NCBI GenBank assembly: GCA_937907645.1
Contig: CALCWV010000075.1
Location: 1-61,063, forward strand
Origin: an uncultured Clostridia bacterium
GTDB taxonomy: Bacteria > Bacillota > Clostridia > Christensenellales > UBA1242
Length of the DNA: 61,063 nt
Direction of reading: 5' to 3'
Shown here: piece after piece, positions 1 to 12,100 of the stretch
How positions within the stretch are numbered: the first letter of the stretch is position 1
Layout of the letters: each line of letters opens with the position of its first letter
Made by a program: the position numbers and the translations under genes
Notes under the pieces: generated by a model
Told to the model about the DNA's origin: nothing
What the model saw: the letters and a program-made list of their open reading frames with translations, nothing else
Database searches by the model: none

Positions 1-19
1 CTTTTTTGTTTTTATTGTA

Positions 20-49
20 TGAAAAAGAGATATCTACTTTGATATCTCT
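20..49 (-). terminator. Rho-independent terminator of the membrane-transporter gene
   Basis: Inverted repeat AGAGATATC (26-34) / GATATCTCT (41-49) with a 6-nt loop. On the minus strand it is followed by a T-run (complement of A-run 22-26). The stop codon (48-50) lies inside the stem. Confidence 0.55.
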
Positions 50-1400
50 ATGCTTTTAAATCTTTCTTTGAAAGAATTTCTTTTTCAATCATCTTAACTT
101 CCGAGCTCACTTCTATTGGCTTTGGCTCAACTTTCTCCTCCACATGCACTGCGTTCACATCTGGATGTGCAGCTTTCCATTTCATATCCTGAACGATAAG
201 CTGATCTTCAAGTGCGACTAAGCAAATTGAATATCCGATGTAGCCCACTAAATTAAATCCAAGCACAACATCAATCATAACTTGTGCATCTGGAATAACG
301 AGGCACAAGCACAATAGCAGATATGAGCAAGCTCTCGTGAAACCTGCAAGCATTGCATATGTAGCGTTATGTTCCAGCGAATGATTATGCATAGATAGTA
401 TTCTTATAAGTGATGTCTTTCGCATATCTGTGATTGTTGTGATGAAAAGTCTAAAGAAGTAGTAAACTCCATAGAATACAAGAACTGTAACTAAGCAAGG
501 CTTTATGAACACCGGAATTGCCGCAGCAATTATTAAACTCAGCGAGCCGAACACAAACCACCTAGCAAGCCTTTTGTGATATGTTTTCATGAAAATAAAC
601 ATTGCGATAAGCTGTGCTGCCGTGAAGATTGATTGAACAAGCCCAATCGTGAAGTCATTTCCCTCTGACTGCATAAACACAAGAATTGTGAGAACTGTTG
701 CAATAAGGTCAAACGATATTCCTCTAAATATTCCGCTAAGATAAAGAGTCCTAAGTGGCTTTGTGTCTTCCCCGCCGTTTCTGACTATTTTCCAATATTT
801 TAATAAATTAAATGTCTTTACTCCGCTATTTTTTTCTTTAATGAAAAATGAGAAAATAAATATCAAGATACAAACAACTGCAAGGATAATACACATTGCA
901 GGAAAAGATTTTGTTATAATTGACCCCAGAACTAGTGGGAAGATAGTCTTTGTTAGGAAGATAATTATATTTTTAACAGAAAAATATATTGTTTGATTTT
1001 TACTACTAACAGCATCTGCAAGTAGCGCATTGAATCCCGCATAGAATATTCCATAAGTTAGTCCGGCGAGAAAGCCCAGCAGCCAAATCCAGTTGGTCAA
1101 GCTATCTCCAAGGAAATAGACAAGTATAAATACTCCAGACAGCAAAAATGCCCCAATTGACATGAACACGCCCTTATTCATTTTCATAAGTATTGGAGCT
1201 CCAACGAGGGAAACAAGAGCAATCATGGCATAATATAAGAAATTAAAAAGTGCAACACCTGTATAATCCCCAGGCGTCATTTTCAATATTTTAGATACTA
1301 AGAATGTATCTAAGAATATCATAATAATTGAAATTAAGCCTTCAACAACAATAATCGATGAAGTACTTAATGTAAATATCCCTGCTTTCCCTTTCTTCAT
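48..1400 (-). CDS. Polytopic membrane protein, MFS-like transporter (tentative)
   Basis: 450-aa ORF with about 12 hydrophobic segments and a charged cytoplasmic C-terminal tail. I recognised no diagnostic MFS signature, so the function is tentative. Confidence 0.5.
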   Translation of the reverse strand: MKKGKAGIFTLSTSSIIVVEGLISIIMIFLDTFLVSKILKMTPGDYTGVALFNFLYYAMIALVSLVGAPILMKMNKGVFMSIGAFLLSGVFILVYFLGDSLTNWIWLLGFLAGLTYGIFYAGFNALLADAVSSKNQTIYFSVKNIIIFLTKTIFPLVLGSIITKSFPAMCIILAVVCILIFIFSFFIKEKNSGVKTFNLLKYWKIVRNGGEDTKPLRTLYLSGIFRGISFDLIATVLTILVFMQSEGNDFTIGLVQSIFTAAQLIAMFIFMKTYHKRLARWFVFGSLSLIIAAAIPVFIKPCLVTVLVFYGVYYFFRLFITTITDMRKTSLIRILSMHNHSLEHNATYAMLAGFTRACSYLLLCLCLVIPDAQVMIDVVLGFNLVGYIGYSICLVALEDQLIVQDMKWKAAHPDVNAVHVEEKVEPKPIEVSSEVKMIEKEILSKKDLKA

Positions 1401-1590
1401 TAAATCTCCAAGTTTAGTTTGCCCGATATCCGATGCAAAAATCCGACCTTTTTCTTATTTTAAGTATATATTTATATAAGAAATAAGTCAAATAAACTGC
1501 GAAATTTTATAAAAAAATAGGAATTACTCTCTTTTTTTTGTATATTGTATCCTTAAAATTCTTTTAGGTTTCTTTTTCAAAAAAAGCATC

Positions 1591-1623
1591 AAAAAAATAG
1601 AGACTTTCATCTCTATTTTTTTT
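1591..1623 (-). terminator. Bidirectional rho-independent terminator after rpoC
   Basis: ATAGAGA (1597-1603) / TCTCTAT (1610-1616) with a 6-nt loop, flanked by A7 and T10 runs. It lies immediately 3' of the rpoC stop (1625). Confidence 0.7.
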
Positions 1624-1624
1624 A

Positions 1625-4600
1625 TTAAGCTTCTTCCTCATCTTTAACAACGATTGGCATTACTTCTCTATATTTCTTCAAACCTGTTCCTGCTGGAATA
1701 AGTTTTCCGATAATAATGTTTTCTTTCAAGCCCATAAGTTTATCAACTTTTCCTTTGATAGCAGCATCTGTAAGAACTCTAGATGTTTCTTGGAATGATG
1801 CAGCTGACAAGAATGATGTTGTTGACAATGATGCCTTAGTAATTCCTAAAAGAATTCTCTTAGCTGAAGCTGGAACTCCTCCATTTTGGAATACTTCCAT
1901 GTTCTCATCTTCATAAACGCTTGCGTCTACGATTTCACCTGGGAGCAAATTTGTATCTCCAGCATTTTCGATTCTTACTTTACGAAGCATTTGTCTGATG
2001 ATAATTTCAACGTGTTTATCATTAACAATAACATCTTGGCTTCTGTAAACAGAAATAACTTGTGAAAGCAAGTAATCTTGTAATCCCTTCAATCCTTTTA
2101 ATCTAAGTAAATCAGAAGGATTGATAGCTCCGGCTGTAAGTTGTGAACCTGGTTCAACAGTTTCACCATTCTTAACGGTGAGAACAACCGGTTTTCTTAC
2201 TTCATATTCTGTATCGCCTTCGCGGTTAGTAATTGTGATTGTGTAATATTTAGCATCCTCAGTAATTTTTACTTTTCCAGATACTTCTGAAAGTTGAGCT
2301 TCTCCCTTTGGCTTTCTAGCTTCAAAAATTTCTTCTACACGAGGCAAACCTTGTGTAATATCGGCAGCAGCTGCAGATCCACCAGTGTGGAAAGTTCTCA
2401 TTGTGAGCTGTGTTCCTGGTTCACCGATTGATTGAGCGGCGATTGTTCCAACAGCTTCACCAACTTGAACCATATCCTTTCCAGAAAGGTTTCTTCCATA
2501 ACATTTTGCGCAAACGCCATGTTTACACTTACATGTGAGAAGAGATCTAATTTGAACTTTCTTAATTCCGGCTTTTGTAACTGCACTAGCTTGTGCTTTA
2601 GAGATCATCTCGTTTGCTTTTACGATAACTTCTCCTGTTGCAGGATCTACGATATCAGTAACAGCAACTCTTCCATAAATTCTCTCTTCAAGCGTTTCTT
2701 GAACGTTTCCGTCAACAACTAAGTCACTTACCCAAATTCCCTTAACGTTTTCATCAAGGTCAGCGAAGCAGTCTTCAGTTGTTACAACGATATTTTGTGA
2801 CACATCAACTAATCTTCTTGTCAAATATCCAGAATCGGCTGTTTTCATAGCTGTATCCATAAGACCTTTACGTGATCCACGAGCTGACAAGAAGTATTCG
2901 ATAGATGAAAGTCCGCCTGTGAAGTTAGACTTAATAGGTGTATCTACTTTTTGTCCTGAAGCGTTAGATTTAAGTCCAACCATTCCGCAGACAGAGTTCA
3001 ACTGAATGTTGTTACCACGGGCTCCAGATGTAATCATGATTCTGAATGGGTTAAATTCATCAAGTCCATTTACAACGGCATCACTACATTTTGCGTGAGT
3101 ATCTCCCCAGATCTTAATGTTTTCTGTAAGTTTTTCGTCTAATGTGATAAGACCTCTCTTATACATCTTTTCGTTTTCATTTACTTTTGCTTCAGCTTCA
3201 GCAACAAGGCGATCCTTTTCCTTTGGTGTGATAGCATCGTAAACGTTAACTGTGATAGCTGCAAGAGTTGAGTATTTATATCCTAAATCCTTAATCTTAT
3301 CAACTAATTTTGAACATTCGCTTGTTCCAAGAACATCGTATGCTTTTGCAATAATTTGCTTTAATTGTTTTTTCATTACAGGATAGTTAACTTGCAATTC
3401 TGCATAGTTTTCTTCCTTGCTTCTGTCTATGATTCCAAGGTCATATGGAAGAGCATCGTTGAATATTAATCTACCAACAGATGTTGTAACACGTTTAACG
3501 TATTCTTTTCCATCAACAATTTGCTTGTTTCTAACTTGGATTTCAGCCTGCATATGCAATTTTCCAGTGACGTGAGCTTCGATAGCTTCTTCTTTTGAAG
3601 CATAGATTCCGCCCTCACCAAGAGCACCTGGTTTAATAAGTGTTAAGTAGCAGCATCCCAAAACTACGTCCTGAGCTGGTGTAACAACAGGTTCACCATC
3701 AGAAAGTTTCAAAATGTTGTTTGATGCAAGCATTAAAGTTCTAGCTTCTGTTCTAGCCTCAATTGAAAGAGGAACGTGAACAGACATTTGGTCTCCGTCG
3801 AAGTCGGCGTTGAACGCTGCACAGACAGATGGGTGAAGTTTGATAGCTCTTCCATCAATCAAAACAGGTTCGAAAGCTTGAACTGAAAGTCTGTGAAGTG
3901 TTGGAGCACGGTTCAAGAATACTGGGTGGTCTTTGATAACTTCTGCTAAGATATCCCAAACTACTGGTTTTTCTCTTTCGATCATGCGCTTAGCACTCTT
4001 AATATTGTTTGATTTATTTTGTTCAATAAGTTTGTTGATAATGAAAGGTTTGAATAATTCAAGAGCCATTTCTTTTGGCAATCCGCATTGATACATTCTA
4101 AGTTCAGGTCCAACGACAATAACTGAACGTCCTGAATAGTCTACACGTTTTCCAAGCAAGTTTTGTCTGAAACGACCTTGCTTTCCTCCTAACATTGATG
4201 TTAAGGATTTAAGATCTCTTTGTTTTGAACCTTGAACAGCCTTACCTCTCTTTCCGTTATCGATAAGGTTATCAACAGCTTCTTGCAACATTCTCTTTTC
4301 GTTTCTGATAATAACTTCTGGAGCACCAAGGTCCATAAGTTTCTTCAATCTGTTATTTCTGTTAATAACACGACGATATAAGTCGTTTAAGTCTGATGTT
4401 GCATATCTTCCACCATCCAATGGAACCATAGGTCTGATTTCTGGTGGCATAACAGGGATAACATCAAGAACCATCCATGTAGGATCGTTTCCGCTCTTCA
4501 AGAATGAGTCTAAAACTTCCAACTTCTTAATAGCTTTAATGCTCTTTTGTCCCTTCATTTTTGGAAGAGCAGCTTTAAGTTCTTCTGTTTCCTTCTTAAC

Positions 4601-5152
4601 GTCTACTTGTGCAAGCAATTTCTTAATTGCACTTGCGCCCATTTCAGCTTCAAAGCTACCATAGCCATATTTTTCAATAGCATCACGATATTCTTTGTCT
4701 GTAATAATTTGTTTGTAAACAAAATCTGTTTGTTTTGGATCAATAACAACGTAATTTACATAATAAACTACTTGTTCGAGAGTTTTTGGTGTCATATCAA
4801 GAAGAGTTCCAATTCTTGAAGGAACACTTCTAAAGTACCAAAGGTGAGTTACAGGAGCAGCAAGCTCGATATGTCCCATTCTTTCACGACGAACCTTCGC
4901 TCTTGTTACTTCTACTCCACACTTGTCACAGATAACACCTTTATATCTGATTCTCTTATATTTTCCACAATGACATTCCCAATCTTTGCATGGTCCGAAA
5001 ATTTTCTCGCAAAAAAGACCGTCTTTTTCAGGCTTCTGCGTTCTGTAGTTAATTGTTTCTGGCTTAGTTACTTCACCATGAGACCACTCTCTAATCTTCT
5101 CAGGTGAAGCAAGCCCTATTCTAATTGAATCAAAGTTATTAAGTTCAAACAT
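1625..5152 (-). CDS. rpoC: DNA-directed RNA polymerase subunit beta'
   Basis: 1175-aa ORF. N-terminus is [23 protein letters not shown]. It has the Zn-finger CHCGKYK...CDKCGV and the catalytic NADFDGDQM motif. A purine-rich RBS (AAAGGGGAAAAAG) lies upstream. Confidence 0.97.
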   Translation of the reverse strand: MFELNNFDSIRIGLASPEKIREWSHGEVTKPETINYRTQKPEKDGLFCEKIFGPCKDWECHCGKYKRIRYKGVICDKCGVEVTRAKVRRERMGHIELAAPVTHLWYFRSVPSRIGTLLDMTPKTLEQVVYYVNYVVIDPKQTDFVYKQIITDKEYRDAIEKYGYGSFEAEMGASAIKKLLAQVDVKKETEELKAALPKMKGQKSIKAIKKLEVLDSFLKSGNDPTWMVLDVIPVMPPEIRPMVPLDGGRYATSDLNDLYRRVINRNNRLKKLMDLGAPEVIIRNEKRMLQEAVDNLIDNGKRGKAVQGSKQRDLKSLTSMLGGKQGRFRQNLLGKRVDYSGRSVIVVGPELRMYQCGLPKEMALELFKPFIINKLIEQNKSNNIKSAKRMIEREKPVVWDILAEVIKDHPVFLNRAPTLHRLSVQAFEPVLIDGRAIKLHPSVCAAFNADFDGDQMSVHVPLSIEARTEARTLMLASNNILKLSDGEPVVTPAQDVVLGCCYLTLIKPGALGEGGIYASKEEAIEAHVTGKLHMQAEIQVRNKQIVDGKEYVKRVTTSVGRLIFNDALPYDLGIIDRSKEENYAELQVNYPVMKKQLKQIIAKAYDVLGTSECSKLVDKIKDLGYKYSTLAAITVNVYDAITPKEKDRLVAEAEAKVNENEKMYKRGLITLDEKLTENIKIWGDTHAKCSDAVVNGLDEFNPFRIMITSGARGNNIQLNSVCGMVGLKSNASGQKVDTPIKSNFTGGLSSIEYFLSARGSRKGLMDTAMKTADSGYLTRRLVDVSQNIVVTTEDCFADLDENVKGIWVSDLVVDGNVQETLEERIYGRVAVTDIVDPATGEVIVKANEMISKAQASAVTKAGIKKVQIRSLLTCKCKHGVCAKCYGRNLSGKDMVQVGEAVGTIAAQSIGEPGTQLTMRTFHTGGSAAAADITQGLPRVEEIFEARKPKGEAQLSEVSGKVKITEDAKYYTITITNREGDTEYEVRKPVVLTVKNGETVEPGSQLTAGAINPSDLLRLKGLKGLQDYLLSQVISVYRSQDVIVNDKHVEIIIRQMLRKVRIENAGDTNLLPGEIVDASVYEDENMEVFQNGGVPASAKRILLGITKASLSTTSFLSAASFQETSRVLTDAAIKGKVDKLMGLKENIIIGKLIPAGTGLKKYREVMPIVVKDEEEA

Positions 5153-5218
5153 AACTTTTTCCCCTTTTTGCTTTATATTTTCTCAAGTTTATCTGCGTAA
5201 ACTGAAAATTTGTGTTTA

Positions 5219-8200
5219 TTATTCGTCAAAATCCCCGAAATCATCAAATAAATCGGAATTGTCAATATTCTTTGTTTCTTCTTCAATAACTTCTTTAACT
5301 TCGTCATTAGATTCTTCCTTAACTAAGTCGTCAAAGTCTAATGATAAGTCATCAAAGTTGTGTTCAGCTTCTACAACTGGAGTTACATGATCTTGTTCGT
5401 CCATTGAAAGTTCAGAAATTGAAATTTCTTGGTCGTTATCTGTGAAGATCTTGATATCCAATGCTAAAGCTTGTAATTCTTTAACTAAAACTTTGAATGA
5501 TTCTGGAATTCCTGGTTCAGCGATAGGTTGTCCTTTAACGATAGCTTCGAAAGTCTTAACTCTTCCTACAACATCGTCAGACTTAACTGTGAGCATTTCT
5601 TGAAGAACGTGGCTTGCACCATAAGCTTCAAGAGCCCAAACTTCCATTTCACCGAATCTTTGTCCACCGAACAATGACTTTCCCCCAAGTGGTTGTTGTG
5701 TAATCAATGAGTAAGGTCCGATTGAACGAGCGTGGATCTTAGAATCAACCATGTGTTCAAGTTTAAGCATGTATTTCATACCGATTGTTGTTAAATTGTC
5801 GAATGGTTCTCCAGTTCTTCCATCGTAAAGTTGAACTTTACCATCTGCTGGGAAGTTGTTTTTGATTAACAATTCTTTAATTTCATCACCGTTTGTTCCG
5901 TCGAATACAGGTGTAGCAACCTTCCAGCCTAAGCTTCCTGCTACTAATCCTAAGTGAACCTCAAGAACCTGTCCGATATTCATACGAGATGGAATACCAA
6001 GAGGGTTAAGAACGATATCAAGTGGACGGCCGTTAGCCATAAATGGCATATCAGCCTCTGGAACTACGATAGAAACAACACCCTTGTTCCCGTGACGTCC
6101 AGCCATTTTATCTCCGACTGACAATTTTCTCTTTTGAGCAATTGTAACTCTAACAACTTGTAAAACTCCTGGGTCTAGTTCGTCTTTGTTCTTCTTTGAA
6201 AATACTTGAACATCAACGACTACACCGCCCTTTCCGTGTTTAACACGAAGAGATGTGTCTCTAACTTCTCTAGCTTTATCACCAAAGATAGCACGGAGCA
6301 ATCTCTCTTCAGGAGTGAGTTCTGTTTCTCCCTTAGGAGTAACTTTTCCTACTAGAATGTCGCCCGGTCTAACCTCAGCACCAATTCTAATAATTCCGTC
6401 TTCGTCTAAGTTTTTGAGAGCTTCTTCTCCAAGGTTAGGAATATCTCTTGTGATAGCTTCATCACCAAGCTTAGTTGTTCTGCAAGAAATTTCTTCTTCC
6501 TTCAAGATGATTGTTGTGTATACATCTTCTTTAACTAATCTTTCATTGATGATGATAGCGTCTTCGTAGTTATATCCTTCCCAGTTCATATATCCAACTA
6601 AAACGTTCTTACCTAAAGCAAGTTCTCCGTTTTGTGTTGCATATCCGTCATAAATAACGTCTCCAGCTTTAACTTTCTCACCTTTCTCTACGCAAGGTTT
6701 TTGATTGTTACATGTTTCGCCGTTTGTTCTTTCGAATTTTGTTAATTGATAAGTATCTTCGCTTCCGTCGTCACATAAGATTCTGATTTCATCTGCGCTA
6801 ACGTAGCTTACCTTACCAGAATGTCTTGCAAGACCAACATGTCCACTATCGTGAGCAACTTTGTATTCAAGTCCTGTTCCTACGATTGGGGATTCAGGTC
6901 TAAGTACAGGCACAGCCTGTCTTTGCATGTTAGCTCCCATGAGCGCTCTGTTTGTTTCGTCAGAGTTAACGAAAGGAATAAGTGATGTAGCAACTGAAAC
7001 GAATTGTCTAGGTGATACATCCATATAATCTACTTTGCTTGCTGGAACTATCACAACTGACTCTGCGTGACGGCAGATAACTTGTTTATTAACAAATCTT
7101 CCTTCTTCGTCAAGAGGTTCATTCGCTTGGCAAATAAATGATGTATCTTCAACGTCAGCCATATAATATTTGTAATCTTTTGAAACAACTCCTGTTTCCT
7201 TGTTAACTTTTCTATAAGGTGTTTCTAAGAATCCATATTCATTTACTTTTACATATGAAGCAAGAGTATCAATCAAACCAATGCTTTGTCCTTCTGGTGT
7301 TTCGATAGCACAGATTCTTCCATAGTGTGTGTAGTGAATATCACGAACACCAACGTCCGCTCTTTCCTTCTTAACACCTCCAGGTCCTACTGCAGATGTT
7401 CTTCTCTTTTGAGAAAGGCCTGACAATGGGTTGTTTTGATCCATTAATTGTGATAATTGTGATTGTGCAATAAAATCTCTCAAAGCTTTGTTTACAGACT
7501 TAGGATTGATGATTTGTGATGGTGTAACTTCAGAAAGTTCTTTTCCTTGCAAAGTTTCTTTGATGTTTGCTGTTAACTTTTGAACACCAGTTCTAAATGC
7601 TTTGTTGAATAAATCCCCAACTGTGCAAAGTTTTTTGTTTGATAAGTGGTCAACTTTATCTACTCCAGCGATTCCCTCTAAAACATCGAGATAGCAGCTG
7701 ATTGTAGCTAAAATATCATCCATTGTAAGTGTTGTAATAACTAAGTTCTTGGCATTTTCTTTAATTGCCTCTAATCTCTTTTCCTTAGACTTATTTGCCT
7801 TTAAGATTTGTTGTAATTCTGGATAGTAAACTTCTTCTGTAATTCCAAGTGCTCTTTCGTCGCATGGAATGATGTTTGAAAGTCTAACTCTTGCGTTACC
7901 TCTCATTAAGTGTTTCTTTCCGTTTACTTGTACCCAAACTTCATTAACGCCAGCGTCTTGAACTTTTCTTGCACTCTCTTCTGTGAAGATTTCGCCTGCT
8001 TTTACGATAACTTCGTCGTCTGCGATTACATTTTCAAAAGCAACTAATCCTGGCAAACGATTTGCAAGTCCAAGTTTCTTGTTGAATTTGTATCTACCGA
8101 CTCTTGAGAGGTTGTAGTATGCATCTGTGAAGAAAATCATATTGATCCAGTTTCTTGTAGATTCAACTGAAGGAACATCGGCTGGACGTGTTTTCTTTGC

Positions 8201-8905
8201 AAATTCAAGCAATGCTTCGTCTTGTGATTTTTGAGGTTCTCTTTCAAGAGCCATTCTAATATATTTGTTATCTCCAAATAACTGAGCGATTTCTGTTTCT
8301 GTAAAACCAAAGCATTTTAAGAAAATTCCAATTGAGATCTTGTATTGTCTATCGAATACAATCTTAACAGCTTCGTTAGCTCCCTGTTCAATTTCAATCC
8401 AGAATCCTCTTTCTGGGATCATTTGAGCTCTGAGAGTTGCGTTGTCATCTTTTTCTCTTGTTAAATATACGCTTGGTGCACGAACGATTTGATTCAATAC
8501 TACTCTTTCAATTCCGTTGCAAACAAATGACCCGTTGCTGGTCATTAAAGGCATGTCACCAAAAAATACTTCCTGTTCAGTTGTTTCACCTGTTTCGTCA
8601 ACTACGAAACGAGCTTTAACTTTCATTGGAACAGAATATGTAGCGTTTCTTCTCTTACATTCTTTCAATGTATATTTAGGAGCATCGCCCATTGTAAGTT
8701 CGCCAAAGTACAACTTAGACTTTCCGCTATAGTCTACAACAGGTGAAAATTCATCAAGAACTTCCCTAATGCCGTTTTCAATAAAGTTTTTATAAGAGTC
8801 CTTTTGGATTCCTAGAAGATCTGGCATTGGAGCAATATCTTCATGTTTAGCAAAATTGTATCTTTCTGCTCTTCCATATTTTTCTTTTTTAATACTAATT
8901 GCCAT
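5219..8905 (-). CDS. rpoB: DNA-directed RNA polymerase subunit beta (1228 aa, with acidic C-terminal extension)
   Basis: Conserved motifs GRHGNKGVVS and GGQRFGEMEVWALEAYGA are present. I moved the start to ATG 8905 (MAISIKKEKYGR...), which has AAGGAG 7 nt upstream (8913-8918). The ORF-track start at 8974 adds 23 residues, has no RBS and overlaps the leader hairpin. Confidence 0.96.
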   Translation of the reverse strand: MAISIKKEKYGRAERYNFAKHEDIAPMPDLLGIQKDSYKNFIENGIREVLDEFSPVVDYSGKSKLYFGELTMGDAPKYTLKECKRRNATYSVPMKVKARFVVDETGETTEQEVFFGDMPLMTSNGSFVCNGIERVVLNQIVRAPSVYLTREKDDNATLRAQMIPERGFWIEIEQGANEAVKIVFDRQYKISIGIFLKCFGFTETEIAQLFGDNKYIRMALEREPQKSQDEALLEFAKKTRPADVPSVESTRNWINMIFFTDAYYNLSRVGRYKFNKKLGLANRLPGLVAFENVIADDEVIVKAGEIFTEESARKVQDAGVNEVWVQVNGKKHLMRGNARVRLSNIIPCDERALGITEEVYYPELQQILKANKSKEKRLEAIKENAKNLVITTLTMDDILATISCYLDVLEGIAGVDKVDHLSNKKLCTVGDLFNKAFRTGVQKLTANIKETLQGKELSEVTPSQIINPKSVNKALRDFIAQSQLSQLMDQNNPLSGLSQKRRTSAVGPGGVKKERADVGVRDIHYTHYGRICAIETPEGQSIGLIDTLASYVKVNEYGFLETPYRKVNKETGVVSKDYKYYMADVEDTSFICQANEPLDEEGRFVNKQVICRHAESVVIVPASKVDYMDVSPRQFVSVATSLIPFVNSDETNRALMGANMQRQAVPVLRPESPIVGTGLEYKVAHDSGHVGLARHSGKVSYVSADEIRILCDDGSEDTYQLTKFERTNGETCNNQKPCVEKGEKVKAGDVIYDGYATQNGELALGKNVLVGYMNWEGYNYEDAIIINERLVKEDVYTTIILKEEEISCRTTKLGDEAITRDIPNLGEEALKNLDEDGIIRIGAEVRPGDILVGKVTPKGETELTPEERLLRAIFGDKAREVRDTSLRVKHGKGGVVVDVQVFSKKNKDELDPGVLQVVRVTIAQKRKLSVGDKMAGRHGNKGVVSIVVPEADMPFMANGRPLDIVLNPLGIPSRMNIGQVLEVHLGLVAGSLGWKVATPVFDGTNGDEIKELLIKNNFPADGKVQLYDGRTGEPFDNLTTIGMKYMLKLEHMVDSKIHARSIGPYSLITQQPLGGKSLFGGQRFGEMEVWALEAYGASHVLQEMLTVKSDDVVGRVKTFEAIVKGQPIAEPGIPESFKVLVKELQALALDIKIFTDNDQEISISELSMDEQDHVTPVVEAEHNFDDLSLDFDDLVKEESNDEVKEVIEEETKNIDNSDLFDDFGDFDE

Positions 8906-8946
8906 ATTTTTTCTCCTTAATTTATCGTGGAATAGTGTCTCTAGAC

Positions 8947-8992
8947 AAAAAAAAGGGCGGACGATACAAAACAAGGTATCGCCAAAACGCCC
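8947..8992 (-). terminator. Intrinsic-terminator-like attenuator hairpin in the rpoB leader
   Basis: On the minus strand: GGGCG / CGCCC outer stem (8955-8959 with 8988-8992), then an inner 8-position helix with 7 pairs and one A-C mismatch (8960-8967 with 8976-8983) and an 8-nt loop, followed by T8 (complement of 8947-8954). It sits between the predicted promoter (9049-9077) and the rpoB ATG (8905). Confidence 0.6.
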
Positions 8993-9048
8993 TAATTATT
9001 TAATTATATAGATTACACACTTCACCACAATACTTATTCAACATAAGC

Positions 9049-9077
9049 ATTTTACACTTATAAAAATGTTTTGTCAA
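9049..9077 (-). promoter_or_regulatory. Sigma-A-type promoter upstream of rpoB
   Basis: On the minus strand: TTGACA (9077-9072), a 17-nt spacer, then TAAAAT (9054-9049). The predicted +1 is near 9042. Confidence 0.45.
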
Positions 9078-9157
9078 GCGATAATTGTAACTTTTTTTAC
9101 TTTTTCCTATATTTTTTGCCGATTTTCTAGGTAAAAATATTTTTTAGGTAAAAACTA

Positions 9158-12100
9158 TTATGCCATTCTAAGTGTCTTTTCGAAAACAAGTGTTGACAAT
9201 CCATTGATATTATTGTCGTTATCGTATGGAGTTGTCCAAGGATTAAGAGAAACTTTAGACTCTTCAATTCTATAATAATCGTCGCCACTCTTTATATAGT
9301 AGTACTTATTTGCTTCGTCATAGTAGACATCTTCATATGTGCCTGCATTTAGAGAGCCTTTAACTGGTTTATCCTTTCCCTCTTCTTTCTGAGTTTGTCC
9401 AACAAATTTACCATCTACAAGTGAATATTTTTGAATATCTTTAATATCATTTTCCAATGTGACAGAACTACTTACATTTTTAGCAAAAGTATAGTAAAGG
9501 TCCTCTGAAGGGTCTATTCTTTGCTCTTGTGTAGTAGTCTTGCCCTTATTGTACCAGTTGCAAACGCTCCAGCCAAGTTCATTTTGATTTAAAGTAAGTG
9601 ATACACCACTTTCTGCTGGGTCAGCTCTAACCATAAGAAGGGTTGTTGGGCTTCCATTAGCTGGATTTAGTACATTTTCATAAGTTGTAGGAATAAAGTT
9701 CAAGACATTTGCGGTCTTCTTATCTGTTACTGAATTTCGGTCAAACAAATCACCATTTTCATTGTCGATTTTAACTCCTACGCCTTCATAGACTTTAGAA
9801 CCACTTAATCCAATTCCATTTTCTTCGTCAAATGAAGTTATCTGCGTTGTTGCTGCAGTCGTACTCTTATTTTCAATTGTAACTTCATACGTTGTAATTG
9901 TATAGATATTCTCAAGCTCTATTCTATAGGTTACTGCATTTTCTCCTTCACCTTTAGTTGAGCCTATGATAGCTCCAACGTTTACTGAAATTCCTACTGA
10001 ATATGAGAATGCATTCACGTAAACCTTAGCAAGTGAGTACGCATTAGTAATTTTTACACTGCCTGCGTTACGTCCAACAAAGCCTCCTACATACACTTCT
10101 GCAAGCATCCCTTCAACTTTAAGGTCATGTTTGTAAACTGCTATATTGCTCATTTCAACATTAGTGTTTGTGTATCCAACGATTCCTCCAAGATAATTTC
10201 TTGAAGAGATATCACCGTCCATAACAATTCTCTCTAAAGTCGTTAGTGATGTTTCTGTTGCGCTCGAGTATCCGATAATTCCTCCGACATAGTCAACAGT
10301 GTTGGTCAAGCTAACGTTTTCAATTTCAAAAGATTGTCCCATGTAAACATCTGAAAGAAACCCTTTGATCATGAATCCTACGATTCCACCAACACCTTTT
10401 GGAATATATGTTTGAACAGAGAACACATTTGATTGAGAGCCACTTCCCGTTACAACGATATCGCTGAGGTTTCCTGCGTTTTCACCTACGACAAGCCCAC
10501 CAAAGCTGTACGCTTTTATAAGCATGTTTTCGTTTACGTTAACTGTTACAGTTTTTACATCTACGCTCTTTGATAATCCGCCAAATGCAAAGCCAGCTCT
10601 ATCCGCAATTGCATAAGCACTTGTGCTGTAAACTTGAACGTCTTGAATTTTTATTTGATCAGATGTTGCGAATGCGTATCCAACTGCATTCCCTGCATAA
10701 GATACACTACTGATATTTGATCCATTGTAAATTCCTGTTGTGATAGATGCTCTTGCACTTTCTGAAGGAATAAATGTTGATTTAGCCCCAACTGTAGTTG
10801 TTATGTTCTTTACATAACCTTTATTTTTAACAAGCCCAACTACACCACCAACAATGTTCTTTCCTGAAACAATAACTGTTGATGTATCCTGTCCTGCGTT
10901 GTCTGTTAGACTGCTCTTCACAGCAACGTTTTCAATTGTTGCGTTTTCAACCGTTCCAACAAGTGACCCAACAATAGGAACATTTGGGAAGTTAACAATC
11001 TCTGGAACAAGCGTTAAATTCATGATTCCAGCGTGTTGAGGTCTATTTGCACTTGGAGATGTTGAAGTCTTGATACTTCCAATAAGTCCAGCGCTGCTTG
11101 CCGCCTTTCCTGATGTGATATCTGCACTTGTAAGACTCATTCCATTTCCTTCAATAATTCCATAGAAGTCTGTCTTGTATGATGTGATATCTACGTCATT
11201 AAGGTCAATATCTTTTATTATTCTGAAGTATCCATCTCTGCCTAAACTCATATAATTTAGGAATGTGTCGGCTGATGTAACAAGATATGGATTCAACATT
11301 GTTCCCGGTTGTGGAACGTCTTCTTCATATCTATATTTGTATGTTGTTTTTCCGTTCTCTTCTTCTTTGCCATCTTCGACTCTGATTGAACTTGCGATTA
11401 TATTTGCTGTTACAAGCTCCAATCTTCCTTCAGCAAGAGTGACATCGTTGAATGGATATTGAATATTTTGTACCCACATCCAAACGTTATTGTAATTGTC
11501 GCCATATGCATAGCTTTCAAAGTTTGCTCTGTTGCCAAATTCATCTATTTTTAACTGATTAACACCTTTGACAACTAATGGGTGCAATGATTGGTTAATG
11601 CCATCATCTTTCAAATAGTAGCAATTCTTGAAAGTTCCCGTTCCTTGCCCTTCAATGCTTGTTTCTGCAACGAAGTAGTAGTTTGTCTGCTTGTTGCTGT
11701 CCAAGATTGATGTGGAGAAACAGTTTGTTACTGTTCCTGAGTTCTTGTAAATAAATCCTGAGCTACTTGACTTAGTTGAGATAGGAATATTTGAGTATGA
11801 GTCGCGAACCACACCTCTGTTTGTATGAACAGCTCCAGCTACTTGAACGTTGGAAATAAGCTCGCTTCCGTCAGCTGCGTCAGAGTAAATTCTTGTGTTT
11901 ACGACTACCCCTGAGCAATATGATGTCATGATAACACCGTTTTCGCTGTTCATGTTTACGAGCCCAGCTGTGTTAAAGTTTGTGTTTTGCTCAGTTATAT
12001 TCTCCAGTTTTCCATCTTTGAAATATGAGCTTGCAATTAGCTTAGTGTTTTGTCCAACAAGTCCTGCAAGTGACGCTCCGTTTGTTCTAATAGAAGCTGT

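Noticed and set aside
8906-8974. 23-codon N-terminal extension of rpoB in the ORF track (MFCIVRPFFCLETLFHDKLRRKN)
   Set aside because: It has no RBS and overlaps the leader terminator hairpin. The downstream ATG 8905 has a canonical AAGGAG and yields the conserved RpoB N-terminus.
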